From: Alphaproteobacteria bacterium
GTDB taxonomy: Bacteria; Pseudomonadota; Alphaproteobacteria; GCA-2731375
Reading direction: 5' to 3'
Assembly: GCA_040223615.1 (NCBI GenBank)
Contig: JAVKFY010000056.1
Location: 2,788-66,787 of the forward strand
DNA: 64,000 bases
The notes under the pieces were generated by a model. It was given only the letters and a program-made list of their open reading frames with translations, was not told the origin of the DNA and did no database searches. Below, one piece after another: positions 10,127 to 18,566 of this stretch. Each line of letters starts with the position of its first letter. Within the stretch, counting starts at the first letter, position 1. Made by a program: the position numbers and the translations under genes.

Positions 10127-11152
10127 TCAGACGACCACGCCGTAGAGCAGGCCCAGGCTGAGCGCACCGACGAAGGCGAAGCCGAGATAGGCGGCGAAGA
10201 CCGGCGGGCGGGCCAGCGCCCAGACCGCGATCGCGGCCGGGATCGAGCTGACGCCGCCGGCGAGAACGAAGGCCATGCCGGCGCCCGGCGCCATGCCCTG
10301 GTCGATCAGGCCGGCAACCAGCGGCAGCGCGGCGTAGCCGTTCAGATAGGCCGGCACGCCGACCGCCGCCGCGCCGAGCACGGTCAGGAAGCCCTCGCCG
10401 CCAATGGCCCCGGCGATCCAGTCGGCCGGCACGTAGGCCAGCATCAGGCTCTCCAGGAAGAAGGCGAAGCCGAGCCACTTGCCCAGGAACAGCAGGTTGT
10501 CGACGCCGTTCTTGCCGAATTTCGCGCGCCGGTCCGCCTCGCCCCAGAAGCGCCAGGCGACCGGCTTCGGGTCGCGCACGCTGGACGCGCCGCAGCCGCC
10601 GTTGCCGACCCCGGCGCGCAGCGGCTCGGTGATGAAACCGGCGCGCATCAGCGCGTAGGTGCCGAAGCCGCCGAGCAGGCCGACGGTAACCGCCGCGACG
10701 GTCTTGAACAGCGCGAACTCGATGCCCAGCGTGCCGACGGTCAGCACGAACATCGACGGGTCCATCAGTGGCGAGGCCAGCCAGAAGGCCATCACCGGCG
10801 CCACCGGGACGCCCATCGCCAGCAGCGCTGCGATCAGCGGGATCACGCCGCAGGAGCAGAACGGCGACAGCGCGCCGACCAGCGCCGCCGTGACCACCAT
10901 CGCCAGTTCGCGGCCGACGAAGGCCCGCGCGATCAGGGCGTCGGCGCCGCTCGCCTTGGCGTAGGCGGCAATGCCGATCGACAGCAGCAGGAACGGCGCG
11001 ACGCCGACGAAGGCGTCGGCGGTGAAGATCACGCTCGACAACGCCTGGTCGCGGTCGAACAGCGCCAGCAGCAGCAACGCGGCCAGCAGCACGAGAAGGA
11101 CCGGATCGAGGCGCCGGAACGCCTGACGGGTGGTAAGGGCCAATGCGGTCAT
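10127..11152 (-). CDS. UPF0718/ArsP-like permease with vicinal-cysteine motif
   Basis: 341 aa, multi-TM. 'SPFCSCGVIPLIAALL' is a CxC motif inside a TM helix, as in the ArsP_1 predicted-permease family. It lies 22 bp downstream of an ArsR gene. Confidence 0.75.
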   Translation of the reverse strand: MTALALTTRQAFRRLDPVLLVLLAALLLLALFDRDQALSSVIFTADAFVGVAPFLLLSIGIAAYAKASGADALIARAFVGRELAMVVTAALVGALSPFCSCGVIPLIAALLAMGVPVAPVMAFWLASPLMDPSMFVLTVGTLGIEFALFKTVAAVTVGLLGGFGTYALMRAGFITEPLRAGVGNGGCGASSVRDPKPVAWRFWGEADRRAKFGKNGVDNLLFLGKWLGFAFFLESLMLAYVPADWIAGAIGGEGFLTVLGAAAVGVPAYLNGYAALPLVAGLIDQGMAPGAGMAFVLAGGVSSIPAAIAVWALARPPVFAAYLGFAFVGALSLGLLYGVVV

Positions 11153-11174
11153 GACTGCTCTTCTCCAGCCGCGC

Positions 11175-11501
11175 TCAGGCGGCGTCCGTTGCCGCGTCGC
11201 AGGCGCCGGCGTCGGCGCAGCATTCGCGAGCGAGGAAACTCATGGTTTCGTCCATCGCCGTGTAGTCGGCATGACAGGTCAAGGTGGTGCCCTGGCGCTC
11301 CTGACGGACTAGGCCGACGCCGATCAGCTTGTGCAAGTGGTGCGACAGGGTCGAGCGCACGACGCCGGTGCGCTGCTGTACCTCGCCGACCGGCAGGCCG
11401 TCGCGGCCGGCCCGCACCAGCGTACGGTAGATCTGCAGCCGGGTCAGATTGCCCAGCGCTTCCAGTCGCGCAGCGGTCTTTTCGATGTCCATGAGACGCA
11501 T
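11175..11501 (-). CDS. arsR: ArsR-family metalloid-responsive repressor with C-terminal CC-X5-C motif
   Basis: HTH signature 'LGNLTRLQIYRTL...STLSHHLHKLIGVGLV'. C-terminus is 'ECCADAGAC'. The start is uncertain (in-frame ATGs at 11522, 11516, 11501 and 11492). I chose 11501. Confidence 0.8.
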   Translation of the reverse strand: MRLMDIEKTAARLEALGNLTRLQIYRTLVRAGRDGLPVGEVQQRTGVVRSTLSHHLHKLIGVGLVRQERQGTTLTCHADYTAMDETMSFLARECCADAGACDAATDAA

Positions 11502-11641
11502 GTAGCACCGCCCCATGGCCATTGCAACGGTATTTCGAGGAATTTCGACATAAGGAGATTGGCGGCGCCTCTGCCGCGCCCGGCCGACCTGCTAGACTGC
11601 CGAAAACTCGGACACGGAACGCCTGGGCCAAGGGAACGCGT

Positions 11642-13288
11642 ATGAGCATCGACGTCGAAAGTTTCACCAACCGGCGCAACGACCAGCGCTGGAACCGGGT
11701 CGCGGTCGGCGACATCATCGAGCGCGTCACCTGGAGCACGCCGGACAAGGAATGCATCGTCGCCACGCCCGACGCGACGGTGAACCCGGCGCACGCGCGC
11801 GTCACCTATCGCCAGGCCAACGACCTGATCAACCGCGTCGCCAACGGCCTGCTGGCGCTCGGACTGCCGCGCGCGGCGCGGGTGGCGATGCTGTGCGAGA
11901 ACTCCGTCGAGGGCTGGCTGACCAAGATCGGCATCGCCAAGGCCGGGCTGGTCGCCACGCCGGTCAACGTGATGATGGCGCCGGACCTGATCACCGACGC
12001 GCTGCAGCGGCTGGAGACCAGCGGCATTGTGGTCGACGCCTGGCTCTGGGAATCGCTCGGGCCGGCGGTGCGGGCGGCCGGCGTGGAGCGGATCATGGTC
12101 GTCGGCGGCGAGGACGGCGGCGACGTGCCGTCCTTCGACGACTTCATCGCCGGCCAGCCGACCACCGAGCCCGACATCACCATTCACGGCGACGACATCT
12201 GGGAGGTCCTGTTCACGTCCGGCACCACGGCGAAGCCGAAGGCGGCGATGATTTCGCACACCTACAGCTATTTCGCCGGCTTCAATCAGGTCATGGCGAT
12301 GAACCGCGGGCTCGATTTCGATGTCGACCTGCGGGTGGCCACGTTCACGCCGATGACCTTCCACATCGCCGACCACCTGATGATGTTCGCGCCGCTGCTG
12401 ACCGGCGGCACCGTCATCCTCGGGCGCAAGCCGGACGGGCACATGCAGGCCCAGGCGCTGACCAAGGAGCGCGTCACCTGCTACTGGGGCGGCTCGCCGC
12501 AGTTCGTGGAAGCCATGCTGCGCGCGGTCGAAGAGACGCCGCAGGCCTACGATCTCTCGTCGGTGACGACCATGTTCTTCGGCTGGGCGCCGATGGCGCC
12601 GGGCTCGCTGGCGGCGCTGCGCCGGCTGTGCTCGCCGCGCTTCACGCCATTCGCGCTGATGGGCCAGACCGAGGCGGTGCCCTGTCACCGGTTCTACATC
12701 GACCAGCACCTGGACACCTACCTGCGCCATTCGCCGCAGCAGAACCACATCGGCCTGCCGGTGCCGATCCTGGCCTCGACGGTGTGGGACGAGGATGGCA
12801 ATGACCTGCGCGACAAGCCAGGCGTGCAAGGCGAGGCGGTGTATCGCTCGCCAGCTATTTTTTCCGGCTATTACCGCGACCCGGCGGCGACCGAGGAAGC
12901 GCTGAAGGGCGGCTGGTTCCACTCCGGCGACGCGGTGATGACCGACGAGCACGGCCTGCGGATCATGGTCGACCGCTACAAGGACATGGTGAAGTCCGGC
13001 GGCGAGAATGTCTCCAGCATCCGCGTCGAAGCGGTACTGAACCAGCACCCGGCGATCGCACGCGCAGCCGTGATCGGCACGCCGGACGACCGCTGGGGCG
13101 AGATGGTGACGGCCTGCGTGATCGTGGCCGACGGCGCCGTGCTGGACGAGGCGAACGTCATCGCTTTCGCGCGCGAGCGGCTGGCCGGGTTCGAGACGCC
13201 GAAACGCCTGATCGTCATGGAGTCGTTCCCGGAGACCGTGGGCGGGAAGGTGCTGAAGTACAAGCTCCGGGCGCTGCTGGCCGGGTAA
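11642..13288 (+). CDS. AMP-dependent acyl-CoA synthetase/ligase
   Basis: 548 aa from MSIDVES (residue 41 of track ORF). Carries the AMP-binding motif 'LFTSGTTAKPKAAM' and the C-terminal 'GGKVLKYKLR'. Confidence 0.88.
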   Translation: MSIDVESFTNRRNDQRWNRVAVGDIIERVTWSTPDKECIVATPDATVNPAHARVTYRQANDLINRVANGLLALGLPRAARVAMLCENSVEGWLTKIGIAKAGLVATPVNVMMAPDLITDALQRLETSGIVVDAWLWESLGPAVRAAGVERIMVVGGEDGGDVPSFDDFIAGQPTTEPDITIHGDDIWEVLFTSGTTAKPKAAMISHTYSYFAGFNQVMAMNRGLDFDVDLRVATFTPMTFHIADHLMMFAPLLTGGTVILGRKPDGHMQAQALTKERVTCYWGGSPQFVEAMLRAVEETPQAYDLSSVTTMFFGWAPMAPGSLAALRRLCSPRFTPFALMGQTEAVPCHRFYIDQHLDTYLRHSPQQNHIGLPVPILASTVWDEDGNDLRDKPGVQGEAVYRSPAIFSGYYRDPAATEEALKGGWFHSGDAVMTDEHGLRIMVDRYKDMVKSGGENVSSIRVEAVLNQHPAIARAAVIGTPDDRWGEMVTACVIVADGAVLDEANVIAFARERLAGFETPKRLIVMESFPETVGGKVLKYKLRALLAG

Positions 13289-13427
13289 CGTTCCGACCGC
13301 ACGCGACATTTCACACCACCGACCACGCATGCTAGAGCAGGTCCAACTCGCGCGGCCGACGCCGACGCGGGGCGGGGAAGCGTCAGCCAAGCGCCATATT
13401 TTGGCGGTGGGCCGGGAGAAACGGAAC

Positions 13428-14444
13428 ATGCGACGGATCGATGGGCTGCGTGCGCTGGCGCTCGCGGGCATGGTGCTTTCGGCAAGCCAGGCGGCGGCCG
13501 CCGACAAGGTCACCTTCGGCACCAACTGGAAGGCGCAGGCCGAGCACGGCGGCTACTACCAGGCCGTGGCGGCCGGCATCTACGAGAAATACGGGCTCGA
13601 CGTCACCATCCGCCAGGGCGGGCCGAGCGTGAACCACCAGCAACTGCTGGTCGCCGGCAAGATCGACTTCAACATGGGCGGCAACATGTTCTCCGCGTTC
13701 AACTACGCGCTGAACGACGTGCCGATGGTCGCGGTCGCGGCCAACTTCCAGAAGGAGCCGCAGGTCCTGATCGCGCATCCCGGCGTCGGCAACGACAGCC
13801 TGGAAGCGATGAAGGGCAAGCCGATGCTGATCAGCCGCGGCGGCCAGATCACCTTCTGGCTGTGGCTTAAGGCGGCCTACGGCTACACCGACGCGCAGAT
13901 TCGGCCCTATACCTTCAACCCGGCGCCGTTCCTGGCCGACAAGAACGCGATCCAGCAGGGCTACGTGACGTCGGAGCCGTACGAGATCGCCAAGGCCGGC
14001 GTCGACCCGAAGGTGTTCCTGCTGGCCGACCACGGCTACGCCTCCTACTCCACCACGATCGAGACCTCGGCCGAGCTGATCGCCGAGAATCCCGACCTGG
14101 TGCAGCGTTTCGTCGACGCCACGGCGGAAGGCTGGGTCAGCTACCTCTATGGCGATCCGGCCAAGGCCAACGCGCTGATCAAGCAGCACAATCCGGACAT
14201 GACCGACGACCGGCTGGCGCATTCGATTCGGACCATGAAGGACTATGGCATCGTCGACAGCGGCGACGCGCTGACCATGGGCGTCAACGCGATGACCGAC
14301 GCCCGCTGGCAGTCGTTCTTCAAGGAGGTCGGCGTGCCGTCCGGCGTCTACCCGGCCGACCTCGACATCTCCAAGGTCTACAGCCTGCGCTTCGTCAACC
14401 AGGGCGTCGGGCTCGACCTGAAGAAGCAACTGCTCGGGAAGTAG
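13428..14444 (+). CDS. ABC transporter substrate-binding protein, NMT1/THI5 (NitT/TauT) family
   Basis: 338 aa from MRRIDG with signal peptide 'ALALAGMVLSASQAAAA'. GGGAGAA RBS lies upstream. 'KVTFGTNWKAQAEHGGYY' is typical of this SBP family. Confidence 0.85.
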   Translation: MRRIDGLRALALAGMVLSASQAAAADKVTFGTNWKAQAEHGGYYQAVAAGIYEKYGLDVTIRQGGPSVNHQQLLVAGKIDFNMGGNMFSAFNYALNDVPMVAVAANFQKEPQVLIAHPGVGNDSLEAMKGKPMLISRGGQITFWLWLKAAYGYTDAQIRPYTFNPAPFLADKNAIQQGYVTSEPYEIAKAGVDPKVFLLADHGYASYSTTIETSAELIAENPDLVQRFVDATAEGWVSYLYGDPAKANALIKQHNPDMTDDRLAHSIRTMKDYGIVDSGDALTMGVNAMTDARWQSFFKEVGVPSGVYPADLDISKVYSLRFVNQGVGLDLKKQLLGK

Positions 14445-14445
14445 C

Positions 14446-15204
14446 TTGTCCGACGCGCCGCTGGTCGCGCTCCGCGACGTCACGAAGACCTTCGCCAACG
14501 GCACCGTGGCGCTTGCCGGGCTCGACCTGGAAATCGGCGAGCACGAGTTCCTCAGCCTGCTGGGGCCGTCGGGCTGCGGCAAGAGCACCGCGCTGCGGCT
14601 GATCGCCGGCCTGGGCGAGCTGACGGCTGGGCGGATCGACTGGCGCGAACAACACGCGGCGGCGCGCGACATCGGCTTCGTGTTCCAGGAACCGACCCTG
14701 ATGCCGTGGGCGACGGCGCTGGCCAACGTGCAACTGCCCTTGAGGTTGGCCGGCGTCGCCGCGGCGGAACGGGCCGAAAGGGCGCGAGCGGCGCTGGCGA
14801 TGGTCGGCCTGGATGGGTTCGAGAAGGCCTATCCGCGCGAGCTTTCCGGCGGCATGAAGATGCGGGTGTCGATCGCCCGCGCGCTGGTCACCGAGCCGCG
14901 CCTGCTGCTGCTCGACGAGCCGTTCGCGGCGCTGGACGAGATCACCCGCTTCCGGCTCAACGACGACCTGCTGAAGCTGTGGCAGGACCAGGCCTGGACC
15001 GTCGTGTTCGTCACCCATTCGGTCTACGAGTCGGTCTATCTCTCGGGCCGGATCGCGGTGATGGCGGCACGCCCCGGCCGGATCATCGAGACCGTCGCGG
15101 TCGAGGCCCCCTATCCGCGCGACGAGACTTTTCGCACCTCGCAGACCTACAACGACCATTGCCGCCAGGTCTCCGGCGCGCTGCACAAAGCGATGGCGGC
15201 ATGA
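14446..15204 (+). CDS. ABC transporter ATP-binding protein (NitT/TauT family)
   Basis: Walker A 'GPSGCGKST', signature 'LSGGMKMRV' and Walker B 'LLLLDEPF' are present. TTG start lies 1 nt after the SBP stop. Confidence 0.92.
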   Translation: MSDAPLVALRDVTKTFANGTVALAGLDLEIGEHEFLSLLGPSGCGKSTALRLIAGLGELTAGRIDWREQHAAARDIGFVFQEPTLMPWATALANVQLPLRLAGVAAAERAERARAALAMVGLDGFEKAYPRELSGGMKMRVSIARALVTEPRLLLLDEPFAALDEITRFRLNDDLLKLWQDQAWTVVFVTHSVYESVYLSGRIAVMAARPGRIIETVAVEAPYPRDETFRTSQTYNDHCRQVSGALHKAMAA

Positions 15205-15989
15205 ACGAGCGGGTCCTTCGCTGGGCCGCGCCGCTGGCCATCGCCGCCGCCGTGCTGGGCCTGTGGGAGTGGGCGATCGCCGCCTACGAGGTGCCGAAGT
15301 ACATCATGCCGGCGCCGTCGCTGATCGCCGTCACGCTGGTCACCGACTGGTCGAGCCTGATGGCCTCGTGGTGGGTGACGTTGCAGATCACGCTGGCCGG
15401 GCTCGCCGTCGCGGTGGTCGGCGGCGTGCTGCTGGCGGTGCTGTTCAGCCAGTGGCGCTGGCTGGAGCTCAGCCTGTTCCCCTACGCGGTGATCCTGCAG
15501 GTGACGCCGATCGTCGCCATCGCCCCGCTGATCATCATCTGGCTCGATCCCAACATCAAACTCGCGCTGCTGGTGATGGCCTGGATCGTCGCCTTCTTCC
15601 CGATCCTGTCCAACACCACGCTGGGCCTGAACAGCGCCGACCATAATCTGCTCAACCTGTTCCAGCTCTACGGCGCCTCGCGCTGGCAGGTGCTGTGGCA
15701 CCTGAAGCTGCCGGCGGCGCTGCCCTACTTCCTGGGCGGCCTGCGCATCGCCGGCGGGCTGGCGCTGATCGGCGCCGTGGTGGCCGAGTTCACCGCCGGC
15801 ACCGGCGGCGCCGAGACCGGGCTGGCGTTCCGTATCCTGGAGAGCGGCTACCGGCTCAACATCGCGCGCATGTTCGCCGCGCTGATCCTGATCTCCGGCA
15901 CCGGCGTGCTGATCTTCCTGGCCTTCACCGCGCTCACGCACGTGCTCTTGCGCAAGTGGCACGAAAGCGCGGTGCGGCGGGAGAATTGA
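15201..15989 (+). CDS. ABC transporter permease (NitT/TauT family)
   Basis: 262 aa from MNERVL (residue 166 of track ORF 14706..15989). ATGA overlap with the ATPase gene. Six hydrophobic segments. Confidence 0.9.
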   Translation: MNERVLRWAAPLAIAAAVLGLWEWAIAAYEVPKYIMPAPSLIAVTLVTDWSSLMASWWVTLQITLAGLAVAVVGGVLLAVLFSQWRWLELSLFPYAVILQVTPIVAIAPLIIIWLDPNIKLALLVMAWIVAFFPILSNTTLGLNSADHNLLNLFQLYGASRWQVLWHLKLPAALPYFLGGLRIAGGLALIGAVVAEFTAGTGGAETGLAFRILESGYRLNIARMFAALILISGTGVLIFLAFTALTHVLLRKWHESAVRREN

Positions 15990-16143
15990 GGCGACGGCAA
16001 GCTCCCCTCAGAGGTGGCCGGGTCAAGCCCACGGCTGTCCGGTCATACTTGCGGTGGCTGTCCGTTTCCTGTTGCCGCTTGGGCGGTTGGGCCGCCTGGG
16101 GCGGCAGCGGACAAAAGAACCGCAACAGATTGGTCCAGCTTCT

Positions 16144-16238
16144 GGACGTGGATGCCCCGGACAAGCCGGGGCATGACGACGTTACTGGAAAACATAGAAA
16201 GCCCGTCATGGCCCGGCTTGTCCGGGCCATCCACGTCC
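16144..16238. repeat. REP-like element family A: inverted pair of 34-nt hairpin units
   Basis: Unit 16144-16177 is 'ggacgtggatgccccggacaagccggggcatgac'. Unit 16205-16238 is its near-perfect reverse complement. They are separated by a 27-bp A/T-richer spacer. Each unit has an internal 7-bp GC stem. Confidence 0.8.
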
Positions 16239-16335
16239 CTGAGCTTGCCAAGACGTCGAAGTGTGAGCGCAGGCCGGGAAGGGCGTAACCGGACACCCGT
16301 TGGGCAGGTCCAGGCATGACGGCTAGAGATTTGTC

Positions 16336-16362
16336 GTCATGCCCGGACTTGATCCGGGCATC
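16336..16362. repeat. REP-like element family A, single unit abutting the CoA-transferase stop codon (possible terminator hairpin)
   Basis: 'gtcatgcccggacttgatccgggcatc': stem gcccgga/tccgggc with a 5-nt loop. It ends 1 nt before the stop at 16363-16365. Confidence 0.65.
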
Positions 16363-17580
16363 TCAGAATGACGGGCACTGGACCACGCCGCCGGCGATCA
16401 GCCGTTCAATGTCGGATTCGGCGTAGCCAAGCTCGGCGAGGATGTCGCGGCTGTGTGCGCCGATGCCGGGCGCGGCCTGCGGCGGGCGCTTGGCCTCGCC
16501 GTCCATGAACACTGGCGAGCCGACGGTCAGCCCGCCGGCGCCGTCCGGCACCAGCGCCCCGGCATCGCGCAGTGTCCCGTCGCCGGCGAGGTCGTCGAGC
16601 GTGCCGACGGGGCCGAAGGTGATGCGGTGGCGGCCCAAAATCTCGCGCCACTCGTTCCAGTCGCGCGCGACGAAGGTTTCGTCGAGCAGCTTGGTCAGGG
16701 CGGCGGCGTTGGCGCGCCGGCTCGGCTTGTCGGCGAAGCGCGGATCGGCCAGCAGGTCCTCGCGGCCGATCGCCTTGAACACCTCGGTCGCCTCGCGCTC
16801 CTCGTTCACCGCCGCCAGGATGAACCAGCGGCTATCCTTGCATTGGTAATGGTTGGTCATCGGGTTCGGCGCGGCGTCGCGATGCGGGCGGGGCGGGATC
16901 GCGGCACCGTTCAGCGCCGCCTGGGCATAGAAGGCGTTCATCCAGATGCCGTTCGCCACCAGCGAAGTGGAGACGTGGCTGCCGTTGCCGGTGCGCTCGC
17001 GCTTGTAGAGGCCGAGCAGGATCGCCGCCAGCAGCGAGATGCCGGTCGGATGGTCGCCCATGCCGGGCAGCGAGCGGGCCGGGGTCGCGTCGGGCTCCGG
17101 CTTCACCAGGTCCATCAGGCCGGTCCGCGCCCATAGCGCAGTGGAATCGAAGCCGGTCTTGTGCGCCTCCGGCCCGACCTCGCCATAGGCGCTCATCGAC
17201 GCGTAGATCAGGCGCGGGTAGCGCGCCAGCAACGCGTCCGCCGTGAGCCCCAGCTTGTCGCGGACGCGCGGCAGGAAGTTGGTGACCAGCACGTCGGCGC
17301 CGGCCAGCAACTGGTGCAGGATCGCCTGGCCCTCCTCGGCCGCCAGATCGAGGCATATGCCTCGCTTGGAGCGATTGTCGACCTGCCAGGCGTAGTTCAC
17401 GCGCTCGGCCGGCATGCCGGCGTTGTTGACGATGTTGCGGTAGCCGTCGCCGCCCGGCGCCTCGATCTTGATCACATCGGCGCCGAAATCGGCCAGCACG
17501 GTCGCCGCCACCGGCCCGGCAATGAAGCTGGCGGCGTCGATCACCTTCAGGCCATCGAGCAGCATCGCGTCGTCGCTCAT
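16363..17580 (-). CDS. CoA-transferase family III (CaiB/BaiF-like)
   Basis: 405 aa from MSDDAML. 'LKVIDAASFIAGPVAATVLADFGADVIKIE' is the canonical family III N-terminus. Confidence 0.9.
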   Translation of the reverse strand: MSDDAMLLDGLKVIDAASFIAGPVAATVLADFGADVIKIEAPGGDGYRNIVNNAGMPAERVNYAWQVDNRSKRGICLDLAAEEGQAILHQLLAGADVLVTNFLPRVRDKLGLTADALLARYPRLIYASMSAYGEVGPEAHKTGFDSTALWARTGLMDLVKPEPDATPARSLPGMGDHPTGISLLAAILLGLYKRERTGNGSHVSTSLVANGIWMNAFYAQAALNGAAIPPRPHRDAAPNPMTNHYQCKDSRWFILAAVNEEREATEVFKAIGREDLLADPRFADKPSRRANAAALTKLLDETFVARDWNEWREILGRHRITFGPVGTLDDLAGDGTLRDAGALVPDGAGGLTVGSPVFMDGEAKRPPQAAPGIGAHSRDILAELGYAESDIERLIAGGVVQCPSF

Positions 17581-17588
17581 CGTCGTGC

Positions 17589-18533
17589 CTATTCCTCCGG
17601 CGGTTCGATCGCCGCGGTCTGCGAGGTGATGATGCCGTAATGCTCGATGCGGCGGTGCCAAGCGAAGTTGAACACCGTCTCCTTGATATAGCGGCCTCGG
17701 TCGAGGTCGCAGTCGGCGGTGATCAGCTCGTCGTCCATGGTCGTGGCCAGGGCGACGATCTCGCCGGTCGGCGCGACGATGCAGGAACCGCCCATCATCT
17801 CCACGCCCTCCTCGATGCCGGCCTTGGCGACGCCGACGGCCCAGCAGCCATTCTGGTAGGCGCCGGCCTGCATCGACAGGTGGTTGTGGAAGGTGCGCAG
17901 CGCGCCCGACTCGTAGGCCACCGAGTTGCCCGACGGCGTGTTGTAGCCGAGCACCACCAGCTCCACGCCCTGCAGCCCCATCACCCGCCAGGTCTCCGGC
18001 CAGCGGCGGTCGTTGCAGATGCACATGCCGACAATGCCGCCCATGGTGCGGAACACCGGGAAGCCGAGATCGCCGACCTCGAAGTAGCGCTTCTCCAGGT
18101 GCTGCCACTCGCGCTCGGGCTCGTACTCGGAGTGGCCCGGCAGGTGGATCTTGCGGTACTTGCCGACGATCTCGCCCTTCGGGTTGACCAGGATCGCGGT
18201 GTTGAAGCGGCGCTTCTTGCCGCTCTCGTCAGTGAACAGCTCGGCGTAGCCGAGGTGGAAGCCGATGCCCATGTCCTTGGCCGCGTCGAACAGCGCCTGG
18301 GTGTTCGGCCCCGGCATCTCGGCCTCGTAGAAGCTGTCCAGCTCGGCCTCGTCCTCGATCAGCCAGCGCGGAAAGAACGTGGTCAGCGCCATCTCCGGGA
18401 AGACCACGAAGGTGGCGCCACGGCTGTGCGCCTGTTTCAACAGATCGATCATCCGCCCGACGACGGAAGGGCGCTGCTCGGCGCGGGCGATGGGGCCGAG
18501 TTGCGCCCCGGCGATGACAAACTTACGGTCCAT
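17589..18533 (-). CDS. N-carbamoyl-D-amino-acid hydrolase (nitrilase superfamily)
   Basis: 314 aa from MDRKFV. The Glu-Lys-Cys triad contexts are present: 'VVFPEMAL', 'YRKIHLPG', 'GMCICNDRRWPE'. Overall strong resemblance to D-carbamoylases. Confidence 0.85.
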   Translation of the reverse strand: MDRKFVIAGAQLGPIARAEQRPSVVGRMIDLLKQAHSRGATFVVFPEMALTTFFPRWLIEDEAELDSFYEAEMPGPNTQALFDAAKDMGIGFHLGYAELFTDESGKKRRFNTAILVNPKGEIVGKYRKIHLPGHSEYEPEREWQHLEKRYFEVGDLGFPVFRTMGGIVGMCICNDRRWPETWRVMGLQGVELVVLGYNTPSGNSVAYESGALRTFHNHLSMQAGAYQNGCWAVGVAKAGIEEGVEMMGGSCIVAPTGEIVALATTMDDELITADCDLDRGRYIKETVFNFAWHRRIEHYGIITSQTAAIEPPEE

Positions 18534-18566
18534 GCGGCACCTCCTGGAAAGCGCAAGCGTAGAGCC

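Noticed and set aside
10100-13525. Long ORFs 10100..11494(+) and 11444..13525(-)
   Set aside because: They are antisense to the permease/ArsR genes and the acyl-CoA synthetase gene respectively. Their composition is low-complexity and Arg-rich, with no recognisable domains.
15695-16319. ORFs running through the 15990-16362 spacer (for example 15695..16288, 16014..16319)
   Set aside because: Their translations ('DKPGHDD', 'SWPGLSGPSTS') are simply read-through of the REP-like repeats. There is no RBS, and the codon bias is inconsistent.
16144-16362. Possible CRISPR array (repeated about 30-nt units)
   Set aside because: The units are in inverted rather than direct orientation. There are only three copies with irregular spacing, each is an internal hairpin, and the same units recur singly elsewhere. 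No cas genes are present.
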